A DNA stretch of 64,000 nt from the human T2T-CHM13v2.0 reference genome, Homo sapiens, in NCBI RefSeq assembly GCF_009914755.1, contig NC_060943.1. The stretch is one strand, 5' to 3'. Of the stretch, positions 1-17,765 are shown piece after piece; the stretch's first letter is position 1; each line of letters begins with the position of its first letter. Under the pieces are notes generated by a model. The model had not been told where the DNA came from. It made no database searches and was given only the letters and a program-made list of their open reading frames with translations. The translations under genes were made by a program, and so were the position numbers.

Positions 1-955
1 AAAGAAAACACCATCAGAGTGAACAGGCAACTTACAGAATGGGAGAAAATTTTTACAATCTACTCATCTGACAAAGGGCTAATATCCAGAATCTACAAAG
101 AATTTAAATTTACAAGAAAAAATCAAACAACCCCATCAAAAAGTGGGTGAAGGATATGAACAGACACTTTTCAGAAGAAGACATTTATGCAGCCAACAGA
201 CACATGAAAAAATGCTCATCATCACTGGCCATCAGAGAAACGCAAATCAAAACCACAATGAGATACCATCTCACACCAGTTAGAATGGCAATCATTAAAA
301 AGTCAGGAAAAAACAGGTGCTGGAGGGGATGTGGAGAAATAGGAACACTTTTACACTGTTGGTGGGAGTGTAAACTAGTTCAACCATTGCAGAAGACAGT
401 GTTGCGATTCCTCAATTACCATTTGACCCAGCCATCCCATTACTGAGTATATACCCAAAGGATTATAAATCATGCTGGTATAAAGACACATGCACACATA
501 TGTTTATTGTGGCACTATTCACAATAGCAAAGACTTGGAACCAACCCATATGTCCATCAATGATAGACTGGATTAAGAAAATGTGGCACATATACACCAT
601 GGAATACTCTGCAGCCATAAAAAAGGATGAGTTCATGTCCTTTGTAGGGACATGGATGAAGCTGGAAACATCATTCTGAGCAAACTATCACAAGGACAGA
701 AAATCAAATGCCGCATGTTCTCACTCGTAGGTGGGAATTGAACAATGTGAACACTTGGACACAGGATGGGGAACATCACACACTGGGGCCTGTCGTGGGG
801 AGGGGGGCGTGTTGAGGCATAGCATTAGGAGATATACCTAATGTAAATGACGAGTTAATGGGTGCAGCATGCCAACATGGCACATGTATACATATGTAAC
901 AAACCTGCACGTTGTGCACATGTACCATAGAATTTAAAATATAATAATAATAATA
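1..955 (+). mobile_element. L1PA (about L1PA5/6) 3' portion: end of ORF2 plus 3'UTR and A-rich tail; continues off the left edge
   Basis: ORF 147..446 is the L1 ORF2p C-terminus ([41 protein letters not shown]); 3'UTR motif 'atagcattaggagatatacctaatgtaaatgacgag'; (AAT)n tail. Confidence 0.95.
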
Positions 956-1636
956 TCAGGAAACAACAGGTGCTGGAGAGGATGTGGAGAATTAGGAACA
1001 CTTTTCGGTGTTGGTGGGAGTGTAAACTAGTTCAACCATTGTGGAAGACAGTGTGGCAATTCCTCAAAGGATCTAGAACTAGAACTATCATTTGACCAAG
1101 TCATTCCATTACTGGGTATATGCCCAAAGGATTGTAAATCATGCTGCTATAAAGACACATGCACACATATGTTTATTGCGGCACTATTCACAACAGCAAA
1201 GACTTGGAGCCAATCCAGATGTCCATCAGTGATAGACTGGATTAAGAAAATGTGGCACATATGCATCATGGAATACTATGCAGCCATAAAAAAGGACACG
1301 TTCATGTCCTTTGTAGGGACATGGATGAAGCCGGAAACCATCATTCTGAGCAAACTATCAGAAGGACAGAAAACCAAACACCATATGTTCTCACTCATAG
1401 GTGGGAATTGAAGAATGAGAACACTTGGACACAGGGTGGTGAACATCACACACTGGAGCCTGTCGTGGGGTGACGGGAGCCGGGAGGGATAGCATTAGGA
1501 GATATACCTAATGTAAATGATGAGTTAACTGGTGCAGCACTCCAACATGGCACATGTATACATATGTAACAAACCTTCATTTTGTGCACATGTACCATAG
1601 AACTTAAAGTATAATGATAATAACAATAGTGATAAG
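956..1636 (+). mobile_element. L1PA 3' end, tandem copy 2
   Basis: Restarts at 'tcaggaaacaacaggtgctggagaggatgtggag' and repeats ORF2 end, 3'UTR and tail. Confidence 0.93.
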
Positions 1637-2218
1637 GTCAGGAAACAACAAGTGCTGGAGAAGATGTGGAGAAATAGGAACACTTTTACACTGTTGGTGG
1701 GACTGTAAACTAGTTCAACCATTGCGGATGACAGTGTGGTGATTCCTCAAGGATCTAGAACTAGAACTACCATTTGACTAGGTATATACCCAAAGGATTA
1801 TAAATCATGCTGCTATAAATACACATGCACAAGTATGTTTATTGCAGCACTGTTCACAATAGCAAAGAGTTGGAACCAATCCAAATGTCCATCAATGATA
1901 GACTGAATTAAGAAAATGTGGCACATACACACCATGGAATACTGTGCAGCCATAAAAAAGGATGAGGTCATGTCCATTGTAGGGACATGGATGAAGCTGG
2001 AAACCATCATTCTGAGCAAACAGTCACAAGGACAGAAAACCAAGCACCGCATGTTCTCACTCATAGGTGGGAATTGAACAATGAGAACACTTGGACACAG
2101 AGTGGGGAACATCACACACTGGGGACTGTTATGGGGTGTGAGGAAGGGGGAGGTATAGCATTAGGAGATATACCTAATGTAAATGACAAGTTAATGGGTG
2201 CAGCATACCAACATGGCA
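1637..2218 (+). mobile_element. L1PA 3' end, tandem copy 3 (3'-truncated)
   Basis: Restarts at 'gtcaggaaacaacaagtgctggag'; stops at 'ccaacatggca' before the tail. Confidence 0.93.
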
Positions 2219-3182
2219 AAAAGGAAATATAGGCAGGCAAAAAAAGATTACAGGATTTTTACTCACTTTCGTCACCCTATATCTAAAATATGACATAATT
2301 TGTTCCCAAATATTTGTTTTATGTATCAGAGGCTCTGACCATATTCTGCAAAATAGATAATTTTTTTCTTTATTTAGCAATGTAAGGCTATTCTTTGCTT
2401 CTAAATTTGGATTACAGCAGTTTTTTTGTGTAAGAATAGCATATATTTACAACTTAAAAATGATCTTATTTATTAAAATGCTTATTTATCAGTTTGTCAT
2501 TAGAATCTTGTTTATGATTATACTACATTTTATCTGAAATTATACTGCATTACAATGGATGCCAGTGATTCAAAATAGCCACCTTCAATGAGTACACAGT
2601 TACAGTAAAATATTACAGCTATCTACACGAATTCTTTATTAATGCTACATCAGTGTTGCATACCAGATTTTATGAGTAAACATTTCTTTTATTATTATTT
2701 TGTAGTTCCATTTCAGTGTTTTTTTTTTCAGTGTTAGTTTCTTAATATAAGTTTATTGTGTTTTTTGGTTTTATAGTTTTAGACAATTTGCAATTCTGTT
2801 TGTATACCTAAGTCAGTGTGGAGTTTAAGAGATTAATCAGCCATATTGTCTGTTAAAATCTGATTATATGTGTGTGTGTTTTTAATCTATAAATATGACC
2901 CCAATTTTGGTTATGGCTAATCTTGTATATATTTTTTCTTAGCTGATTTTTAATGGTGTCTTTATCTTGTCTAAATGGGTAGTCATGGAAATAGTCTTAT
3001 TTTCACCTTGTTATAATAAACATATATTTCCTTTGTGTGAGAGAAGCACTTTTGTGACTTGAAGGTAATTTTTGGAGAGATTTATAATTCTGTATCTTCT
3101 TCAGTTATTCTTTTAAAAAATAATTGTACAAACACATAACCTAAAATTTACCATCTTAAATCTATTTAAGTGTACATTTCAT

Positions 3183-3461
3183 GGCTAGTCGTGGTGGTTC
3201 ACATTTGTAATCCCCAGATTTTGGGAGGCCAAGGCAGGAAGACTACTTGAGCCCAAAAGCTTGAGAACATCCTGGGAGATATGTGGAGAACTCATCTCTA
3301 TAAAACATTTTTAAAAATAGCCAGACATGGTGGTGTGGTCCTATCTACTTGGGAGATTGAGGAGGGAGGATTACTTGAACATGGAAGTTTGAGGCTGCAA
3401 TGAGCCATAATTGTGCCGTGGACCCCAGCTTGGGTCACAGAGTAAGACCCTGACTCAAAAA
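3183..3461 (+). mobile_element. AluJ-type (old, diverged) SINE
   Basis: Diverged dimeric Alu with 'cttgagccca..agcttgag' and 'gaggctgcaatgagccataat' AluJ-like motifs. Confidence 0.8.
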
Positions 3462-4548
3462 CACTGTACGTTTCAGACATGTTAAGTATATTTACATTGT
3501 TTTTAGAAAAGACTTCTAGAAATTTTACAATACACATTAGACAACTACCAGTTTTTCCCATTTCCTGGCACTTTTGAAACACCATTCTGTTTTCTGTTTC
3601 TAAGAGTATAACTGCTTTATAGATCTCTCATACAATTTCTGTTAGTTGTTAGAATATGTCCTGCTTTTTTGCAAATTGAGTAATTCTTTGGTATTTTTAT
3701 ATTTTAAATTATATCTGTTGAACGATTTGGTGACAGAAATTTGCATTGCTTTTACCTATTGGCTTTTAGTAACAATGCTAAAATAATTGTGGGTATGCAA
3801 ATGACTCTTCATGTGACCATATATGTGAGAGTTTATGTATGTGCTGCATTCTATTTTATTAGTCTACTTTTTCACCTTTATACTCATACCAAATTGTTTT
3901 AATTCTGTAGGTTTGTAATGTGTTTTGAAATCAGGAACTGTAATGCCTCCAACATTGTTTTATTTTGTTTTTAATATTTTTGGGCACTTTGTAGAGATTC
4001 TATGTACTTGAGGGATTGCTGTTTTTCTTTCATCAAAAATGCAGTGAGAAATTTGAAAAACATTGCATTAAATCTGTAGATTGCATTGAGCAGGATGGAC
4101 ATCTTTACAATGTTGCCTTTTTCAGCCTTTCACAAGAGCACGCTCAAGAGTGTATTGTTTAATTTCCATATATGTGTGAATTTTTCAGGTTTTTTATTTT
4201 CTTAATTGTTGTATACTCATTTCATTTTGGTGATAGAAAGTAATTTATAAAATTTCAGTTTTAAAAAATTTGGTAAGATGACTTTTTTTTGGCATAAGAA
4301 GTGGTCTATCAAGGAAAGTGTTGTGTTAGCTATTGAGAACCATGTGTGTCCTGATGTTGAGGAGTGTTTTTTATACCTGTGTTAGGAATAATTGTTGCCT
4401 GCAAGTCCTCTATTCCCTTACTAATATTCTTATTTTATTTTTATTACAGAAAGTGCAGTATTGAAATATCCTACTATAATTATGTTGCTCTCTCTGTGTC
4501 TCTGTTATTCTGTCAATATTTGCTTTATATTTGAAGCCCTAATGTGAG

Positions 4549-4550
<2 letters not shown>

Positions 4551-4591
<41 letters not shown>
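4551..4591. repeat. (AC)n microsatellite
   Basis: About 20 perfect AC units. Confidence 0.97.
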
Positions 4592-4594
<3 letters not shown>

Positions 4595-4636
4595 ACATAT
4601 ATACAAATTTGTTATAGGTTCCCAGTGAATAAATCT

Positions 4637-4985
<349 letters not shown>

Positions 4986-6200
4986 TGACTTCAAATACAT
5001 TTTATAAAATATGACAGTTTTTGACTAAGATGTAGGTTGCATAATATTATTTTGATTTCTTCTGCTCTCATTTGATTAACACTTGCATGAAATGTATTCT
5101 TGCATCGTCCCCCTTTCAGTGTTTTTTTATCATTAGATCTCAACTGACTTTTGTAGAAAAAAAAGTTGGATCTTGGTTTTTAAAATTTTAAATCTATTTA
5201 TTGAAAGTATGTCTCTTGATTTGAAAGTTAATTTTATATATATTTAAATAATTTTCTGAAAGAGACTTACTGTTTTAATTATTTTATTTGATTCTTGCAT
5301 CTTTGTTTCTCATTTTCTCTTGTGTCTTTTTGATTTTTGTATTGATATGCTTTTACTTATTTCTAATTCACTGTTGTGTATCTATACAGATTTTTTTTGT
5401 GTGTGTGGTGCCTTGGGGGTTACAGATAACCTCTATAAGAAACAACAGTATATTTTTAATTTGGTATAAAATAAACTTCAGTTGAATAAAAAATTCTTCC
5501 TCATTACATCTGCCCTGAAATTTGTCATTGATGTTGCCAATTATGTTTTTACATTGTATATTCATTAACAGATGTTTAATTTCTGTGCTTTTATTTTTCA
5601 AATTTTAGAGAATAGATTAAAATATTTTCTGCACCATTATGATAATGCCACAAGATTCTATTTTTGTGTATGTGCATATCTTTCCCAGAAAATAATGTAT
5701 TTGTATTTGATTATGTGGTATTTTCTCAAATTCTTTTACTTTCAGTTTAAAGAACTGCTTTCAGCGTCTTTTATATGTAGGGCATATGCAGTGCTAATAA
5801 TATACTTTTTCATAATTTGTTTTTTTTTTTTGGAAGGTTTTTTCTTTTTATTTGGTAGGGCAGATTTGTTGATGGTATTATTCTCACTTGGTAGATTTTT
5901 TTTTTTTTTCAGGACTTTGACTGTGTCACACAGTTTCTTTCTGGCCTGCAAAATTCTTGTTGATAATTTACTGGTTATAAGACTATGTTTGTAAATGACA
6001 CATTGCTTTTATCTTGCAGCTTCCAAGACTTTCTTCTTGTCTGTGATTTTTGAAAATGTGCTTATAAATGTATTTGTTATAAATATCTTTGTGTGTTTCC
6101 TAATTTGTTTGTTGAACTTCCTCATTTTTACATCATTTTTTTCCTACTTTTAGGATTTTCCAGTTATTTATTTTTCTGTTTTTTTTACCTACAAATTTAA

Positions 6201-6557
<357 letters not shown>

Positions 6558-6884
6558 CATTTTTGTGATTTTCTACACTGGGCCGTGTTCCTGTTTCACT
6601 CATTGAATATTATTCAATTTATTATCAGTGTTTAAAATTAATGTGTACATCTTTTTTATGGTTTCTTTCTGAAATTTATACAATATTTTTGATGAGACTA
6701 TATTGCCTTGTTTTGTATACATTGTAATCTTTGATTGAGATTTGGACATTAAAAAGCTACCTGTCACAGTCTTTAAAATGTAGTTTTTTCTGACATAGTC
6801 TGAAAATAATTATCTTGGCTAGAGATTCTGAGAGTCTCTCAAACATGTTCTTAGGATGTGCCTTGTCTAAAATTTTGTATTTAG

Positions 6885-7244
<360 letters not shown>

Positions 7245-7784
7245 TAATAACCAATAATCACTTGCTATAATTGTTACCTGTCTATGATATCACAGTCTTT
7301 CTGCTGCTGTAAAACTTATCTTTCATTTCAGCAGACTCAAACTGTCATTTGAAAGAATACCTCTATTTCTTTCAGAACTTTATGTAATGAGGGACAGGAA
7401 CCAGTGTCTGTAAAAGCCCCTACCATTCAGAAATAAAGATGTATAAGCCAGTATTTTACTTGTCTTTTAAAAAGGAAACCAGGAATTGGCAATTTATTTC
7501 TAAAGTCACTATGTTTTATTGGGAAGCAGGAACATCTGTGTTGGGTAAATGGAACTGACTTTTCCTCTATGTGGCTGTTTGCATTGGGCTCACCTGGGGC
7601 ACTGCACACTTAACTTACTTTAATTTTTCACAAATGTAATTTGGTCTGTATGTTTTTGTTACATTATATGTCTGTGAAAAAGTTAGAGCCTGTAATATTT
7701 TGCTACTTGTGATGTAGTTTGTATAATTTTATAGGTTAGATTTGTAAAGTATATTCATCTGTATCTAGTAAGTGGAGTAATTGA

Positions 7785-9356
<1,572 letters not shown>

Positions 9357-10000
9357 AAATATGAATAATGTGACAAAGCCTTTAAATGGTTATCACACTT
9401 GTTTGTAAGTAGGGTAATTCATACTGGAGAAAACATCACGAGTGTGAACAGTGTGGCAAGACTTAAACAATGCTCACACCTTATTGCACAGGAAAGCCTT
9501 TATACTTGAGAACAAATGTGCAAATATAAAGAAAGTAAAAAAGTGATTAATATCTGCTCACATCTTAACATCAGAGAATTTATACTTAATAGCATTAAAA
9601 GTGCAATTACTGTCAAAAGACTCTTGAGAAAATGTAAGCCTTTAAAGTGCTGAAGAGGATTTATTTTGAAGACAAACATTACAAATATAAAGAGAGTTAT
9701 AGTAACTTTACTTGTAACACAGATCTTGTTGTATTCATTTTGTATTAGAGCAAACCCTGAAGCAATTACTCAAACTTTGTTCAACATCAGTGAATTTGTA
9801 TTGAAGAAAAACCCTGTAAATGTAATAAATTTAGGAAAAAAACATTTATTCAAAAACTACAGGTTAGAAAACTCCAGAGAGTTCATAGTAAAATATATTT
9901 TTGCAGATGCAGTAAATAAGAAAAAAAAATTTAATCCAAAATTGTCTATGTAAATACCAGAGAATTTACATTAGAAATATATAAGGCACTGACACTTCAG
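9357..10000 (+). pseudogene. Decayed zinc-finger repeats in the 3'UTR
   Basis: Post-stop remnants such as 'aatgtgacaaagcctttaaatggttatcacac', 'attcatactggagaaaac', 'gtgtgaacagtgtggcaag'. Confidence 0.75.
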
Positions 10001-10249
10001 ATTTTACACTAAATCAGAGTTCTGAGTTTAGAAAATAATCCAAAACTAAAGTTGGGAGAAAAATTATTTGTATATAACTTTAAAAGAGTAGAAGATTTTT
10101 TGGAGAGTTATAATTACATTACAAGTATACTTTTTTTGGAAAGCTTACAGATTTTTTAAAAAGTAATGTAATTAACTCTCAAATTACTTCATGTAAATAA
10201 TGTTGTAATTAACTCAAATTACTTCATGCTAAATAAATTAATTTCTTTC

Positions 10250-10581
<332 letters not shown>

Positions 10582-11416
10582 TGAAAGCGTATGACCAATT
10601 GTTGCTGCATCAAAGATATGAGAGATTTTTTTTTTAGGTGAGCATTTATGACCTCTTCAATGAAAGAGTAAGGACATTAAAATGTAAGATGCATGATGAA
10701 AATCTTAAGTAAAGAGGTTCTTTGTGGTTCACTTACAGTATTGAGTGATGCATGAGGTAGGTGTTCAGAGTAATATTCTGCATTATATTGAGAGACGAAT
10801 ATTTTTAGTTTTAGTTAAAATTAAAATAATATATTATTTTACTAATTGTACTTTTATGAAACAAAATGCAATACATGTTAAAAATTTTATATTATGTGTG
10901 AAAATTTAATTGAACATTTTTAACGTTAAATATTGTGCATTCAATCAAGTCACATTATTCCACTTAATTTAACCTAGTCCACCTTACTCAAGGGTGTAGG
11001 TAAAAGATCGTAACAATACACTATTTGGTAAAATAATGGACTAACATCTCTAGTAATCTTTTTTGCCAGTGGCTTTAAACTGCAAATAAGTTAAGGAATA
11101 TTGTTTCTGTAGGTAAAATTTTTATTTTTTTCCCATTTAAATTTACTTTTGTTAATTTTTGTGGGCACATAATATTTATGTTATATATGGCATATTCTGA
11201 TAGGCATACAATATATAATTTATACTAATAATCACATTAGGATAAATGACGTATCCATCACCTCTAGAATTTATTTTTTGTATTACAAACAATTCAGTTC
11301 TACAGTTTTAGATCATTTCAAATGTATAATTAAATTGTTATTGACTACAGGTTTATTTTTATAATAATAAAAATTATATACAATTATAAACAAAATTTAC
11401 ACATTTTTGAGTCCTG

Positions 11417-11422
11417 AATAAA
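11417..11422 (+). terminator. Candidate polyadenylation signal for the ZNF transcript
   Basis: AATAAA in 'gtcctgaataaatac' followed by T-rich sequence; one of several candidates. Confidence 0.3.
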
Positions 11423-11595
11423 TACTTTAAAAAATTTCTTATATATTTTTCTTTGAATATGTGGCCTCTCTGCTTGCAAACACATACAGACTTTTAGTTT
11501 TGATTTACATAGAGTTAAATGTACACATCTGTTAGTCTAAATATAAACCTTAGGTGTAAGAAAATTAATAAGGTGTCTAATTTTCTTTTTGATTC

Positions 11596-11883
11596 TTTTT
11601 TTTGACAGAGTTTTGCCCTGTTGCCTAGGCTGGAGTGCAGCGGTGTGATATCGGCTCGCTGCAACCTCTGCTTCGCAGGGTCAAGCAATTTTCCTGTCTC
11701 AGTCTCCTGAGTAGCTAGGACTACAGGCCCAGGCCACCACACCTGGACAATTTTTGTATTTTTAGTACAGACAGGGTTTCATCATATTGGTCAGGCTAGT
11801 CTTGAACTCCTGACCTCAGGTGATCCACCCACCTCAGCCTCCGAAAGTACTAGAATTACAGGCATGAGCCACCATGCCCGGCC
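11596..11883 (-). mobile_element. AluS
   Basis: Antisense Alu; TSD-like 'aggtgtc.aattttct' on both sides. Confidence 0.92.
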
Positions 11884-12152
11884 AGGTGTCCAATTTTCTA
11901 GAAAACAAAAATCTTCAAAAATGTGAATGCAAATTTCTGCTCTCTGCTTTGTTCTGAATTTATTACTGTACAATCTTATGGCTTATGATTCAGAATCTTG
12001 CCATGCAAATTCTGTTTTTACTTGCCTGGTACTCATGCTAGGCCCATAACTTTCTTGTTTCTTATATAAGTTTTTTGTTTTATGGTTTATGAAGTTTTCA
12101 TTATGTGAGCTGCTCTGTGATTATATGAATGATTTTAATGAAATTGAGTCAT

Positions 12153-12443
12153 GGACCGGGCGCGGTGGCTCACGCCTATAATCCCAACGCTTTGGGAGGC
12201 CAAGGTGGGTGGATCACTTGAGGTCAGGAGTTCAAGATCAACTTGGCCAACGTGGTGAACCCTCCTCTCTACTAAAAATACAAAAATTAGCCGGGCATGG
12301 TGGCGTGCACCTGTAATCCCAGCTACTGGGAGGCTGAGGCAGGAGAATAGCTTTAACCCGGGAGACAGAGGTTGTAGTGAGCTGAGATTGCACCTCTGCA
12401 CTCCAGCCTGGGCGACAGAGGAAGAATCCATCTCAAAAAAAAA
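12153..12443 (+). mobile_element. AluS
   Basis: Full Alu plus A tail; TSD-like 'gaaatt.agtcatg'. Confidence 0.92.
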
Positions 12444-13357
12444 AGAAATTTAGTCATGCACACAAAATAATTTTTACCTGTAATTCTAAAATTAGTTTGT
12501 TAAATTATATTTTATTTAGTTGGAACATTCCATTTTGTTCTTTTAATTGGAGAACCCTATATAAGCCTCCTTTTCTTAAGTTACTGTTTTTTTCACTTTT
12601 TATAATGGATATAAATAAATTTATTCATTGATTGGGCCAATTTGTTCAGGTAAGTACTAGGGAAGCTTCATAAGTCATGAAAATGTTTTTATACCTAAAT
12701 GTAGCAAACAAACATGACGGTGCTTGCTGTATAACAGATGCTCCATAATAAGGCATAAATACTCCTGTGAAACTTGCAACTTCATGTTCAGAGGTAGAAA
12801 ATATCAAAGGTAAACAATTGATTCTTCATGTGGCGAGTACTTTTTTTTCAGGCTGCAAAGCTGAATTTTGCTGAATTTAAAAAGAAGTTCTGCTTCATTT
12901 ATTTTCTAATTATCTTAAGTTTTGTTTGTCTTTTTATGTGTATTCCACCCATGTATGCATCATAGCCCTTCTTCTTCTTCTGTGTTATGGCTACAGTTTT
13001 CCCACTGTTTTCTTCATGCCATGTCATTTCATACGGTGTTTTGTGGGTTTTGATGAGAACTGTGATATTTTTTAATGCACTGAAAAATTGGTTTCAACTG
13101 GAGAGTTTGCTTATCAATATAACTTTCAGATCAGTTAATTAAGATAAAAGGCATACACTGTCCACAGGAGAGAGGATTAAATCGGTTAGCATGGTGCTTC
13201 TTTCTTTGTAAAAAGAAAAAGTATTGTTTGTAAAAAGAAAATCATACTAGATTCTTACCCAAAGTGTGACAAATATAAAATTTGCTAGAAAATATATCAT
13301 AGAAATTAAAATTTTAAGAGAGTTTATGGTAAGTAAACCATATTAAATTTAATTTTT

Positions 13358-13485
13358 TCTTTTTTTTTTTTTAAGACAGTCTCACTCTGTCACCCAGGCT
13401 AGGGTGCGGTGGCACAATCTGGGCTCACTGCAACCTACATCTTCCAGATTCAAGCGATTCTTCCGCCTCAGCCTCCCTAGTAGCT
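13358..13485 (-). mobile_element. Alu right-arm fragment
   Basis: Poly-T plus antisense right arm, breaking after 'tagctg'. Confidence 0.85.
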
Positions 13486-13561
13486 GCCCCAAGCTTAAAA
13501 TAAAGCACTAAAGTACATTGGCTCCTCCCATGCACTGTGCTGGGTTTAAAACATGCTGTCA

Positions 13562-13875
<314 letters not shown>

Positions 13876-14791
13876 CATGCTGTCAAGTATCAAAATTCCT
13901 GTGGTTATGACTGACACATGATAAAACAGTACAAAAACTATTTTTTATACTATTCAGCCAAGTTTATGACAAAGACACAGACATTATTTGAAATACTGTT
14001 ATCTTTCTATAAGGTTTTAGAAATGTATTCTCTAACTTGAAAGAGAAAATGTGTATTTATTCTGTAAAACAGCATTTTGAAGTATATACAGGTGGTCAGA
14101 TGCTTATTAGCTTTATGTAATTAATGCTTTATCTCAAATAGTTAACATTTTGATGGTGAGATTACATAACATTGTCTTAGCATTTTTTCAAACATAACAA
14201 ATGCAATATTATAAACTATAGTCGCAATGCCGAACAATCTTGAACTTATTCCTCCTATCCAACTATATGTATTATTTGGCAGATATCTTTCGAATTCCCC
14301 CATTTTTAAAAATACCTTGGCATCTAGTGGTCACCGTTTTGTTCTCCACATCAATGAGATTAAGTTTTTTTGAATCCATGTGTAAGTGAAATGAGATACT
14401 AATCATTTTGTAACTGGCTTATTTCAACTAATATAATGTCCTTCAGGTTAATCCATGTGATTGAAAATAGAATTTTCTTTTAAATATAAATAGTATTCCA
14501 TTGTGTATATATGCCATATTGTCTTTATTTACTTATTAGATGTTGAACTGTTGATTGCATAATTTGGCTGTTGGGAAGAGTGCTGAAAGCAACATAGAAG
14601 TGTGAATATTTCTTCATTCTGATTTTGTTTTGAATACATACCCAACAGTGCAATTGCTGTATTATATAGTAGTTTGATTTTAAGTTTTTTTGAGTAATCT
14701 CTATTTTGTTATTCATAATGGCTGTCCTCATTTACATTCAAACCAACAGTGTGTAAGCATTTTCTTTTATTGACATCTTTACCAACTAACA

Positions 14792-15211
<420 letters not shown>

Positions 15212-15218
15212 TGACATT

Positions 15219-15526
<308 letters not shown>

Positions 15527-15589
15527 TCAGCATTTTTAAATGTATCTATTTGCCATATGTATGTATTTTCTTGAAAAATATGCTTTTTG

Positions 15590-15590
<1 letters not shown>

Positions 15591-15633
<43 letters not shown>

Positions 15634-15864
15634 TGGAGTCTCGCTCTGTTACCCAGGCTGGAGTGTAGTGGCGTGATCCCTCAGCCTCCCAAGTAGCTGG
15701 GACTACAGGTGCCTGCCACCACGCCTGGCTAATTTTTTGTTTTTTAGTAGAGATGAGGTTTCACCATGTTGGCCAGGCTGTTCTCGAACTCCTGACCTTG
15801 TGATCTGCCCGCCTGAGCCTCCCGAAGTGCTGGGATTACAGGCGTGAGCCACTGTGCCTGGCCA
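15591..15864 (-). mobile_element. AluS with internal deletion and long poly-T
   Basis: About 40 T; right arm jumps from 'gcgtgatc' to 'cctcagcc'. Confidence 0.9.
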
Positions 15865-16907
15865 GCTCATTTTCAATAGTTATTTGTTTTATGTTGTATA
15901 GTCATTTAATTTTCTTATATATTTTTGATATTAATAATGCCTTGTCCCATTTTTTAGTTATTCTGTTGATTGTATTCTATGCAGCAGCATTTTAATTTGA
16001 AGTATTCTGACTCATTTATTTTTTTCCTTTTGTTCCCTGGGATTTTGAGTTTAAATGTTAATGGGGCCTTCTCTCTGGTTTTTTTTTTGTTCTTGTTGTT
16101 GTTTTTTGTTTGTTTGTTTTTGTAGTAGTAATGGTAGTTTCAGAGTTTCAGGCCTTACATTTAAATATCTAATTTATTTTGAGTGGATTTTTATATGTGG
16201 TGTGAGTTAGGGTCTCCTTTTATTGCTCTGCATTTGGCCATAAAGTATTCTCAACATAATTTTCTGTCTTTTTCCTACGAAATTGTCACCTTTATTTAAA
16301 ATCAGTTAGCTGTAAGTACATGGCTATATTTCTGGAATCTTTTTTTTTGCTCCATTGGCCTAGTGTCTGTTTTTATTCAAGCACCATACTGTTTTTGTTA
16401 CTGTACTTTTGTAGTATATTTCAAAGTCAGGTAGGGTGATAGATTCACTTTTTTCTGTTAGATTGCTTTGGCTATTGAGGGTCTTTTGTGGTACAATATA
16501 CATTGTAGATGTATTTTTTAAGAATTTTTATTAAGTATGTCACTGATATTTTCATTGAGGTTGCATTATATCTTTAGGTTATTTTGTGTAATACAAATAT
16601 TTAACAATATTAATAATGGCAATTCATTAATGATTAACTTTTTAATTCATGTATTAATTTCTTGAATGTTTTTAGAGTATAATGTAAAGTGCTTCAAAAT
16701 TTTGATTAAATTTATTTTAAAGTATAGTTACTACAGTTACTGTAGATGGAATTGTTTTTTAAATTTATTTTGAGATAGTTCATAGAAATGCTACTGACAT
16801 TTGGATATTGGTTTTGTATTCCACATGTTTAATAAATTTATTAGTTTTAATAGTTTTTGGTAAAGTCTTAGGCTTTTCTTAGGATTATGTATAGGGATAA
16901 AAGATTA

Positions 16908-17213
<306 letters not shown>

Positions 17214-17439
17214 GAGATAAAAGATTATCATACAATGATAATTTAACTCCTTTTTTTCCAATCTGGATGCCTTTGATTTTATTCTTTATTTTCTATGTCT
17301 TGGACATTTAGTACTATGTTTAGTAAGACTGAAGAAAGTGCACATCCTTGACTTGTTTTAGCTCTTAGAGTAAAATCTTACAGCATTTCCCTATTCAGTA
17401 TGTTAATACCTGTGCATTTTTTGTTATATTTGACATTTA

Positions 17440-17518
17440 TTATCGGAATTAACCAGACAAATCGCTCCACCAACTAAACGCCACTTGTCCCTCTAAGAAG
17501 TTGGGGGACGCCGACCGC
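17440..17518 (-). rRNA. Two short 18S rRNA fragments (non-functional insert) in permuted order
   Basis: Reverse complement reads GCGGTCGGCGTCCCCCAACTTCTTAGAGGGACAAGTGGCGTT + TAGTTGGTGGAGCGATTTGTCTGGTTAATTCCGATAA; both match mammalian 18S rRNA as I recall it. Confidence 0.9.
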
Positions 17519-17765
17519 AATCTCAACTCACTGCAACCTCCGCCTCCTGGGTTCAAGCGATTCTCCTGCCTCATCATCCCAAGTAGCTGGGACTACAGGT
17601 GCCTGCCACCTTCCCTGGCTAATTTTAGTATTTTTTAGTAGAGACGAGGTTTCGCCGTTTTGGCCAGGCTGGTCCCGAACTCCTGACCTCAGGTGATCCA
17701 CCCGCCTTGGCCTCCCAAAGTGCCCAAAGTGCTGGCATTACAGGCGTGAGCCACTGCACCCAGCC
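17516..17765 (-). mobile_element. AluS lacking its 3' ~40 bp and poly-A, fused to the 18S insert
   Basis: Antisense Alu starts at 'cgcaatctcaactcactgcaacc'; internal 9-bp duplication 'cccaaagtg'. Confidence 0.9.

Noticed and set aside
147-2232. Short ORFs resembling a protein C-terminus
   Set aside because: Fragments of degraded L1 ORF2/3'UTR, not host genes
5572-5994. 140-aa hydrophobic, Phe-rich ORF
   Set aside because: Product of T-rich antisense old L1 sequence; no domain or splice context
17440-17518. Functional rRNA gene
   Set aside because: Only 79 bp in two rearranged pieces; kept as an insertion finding only
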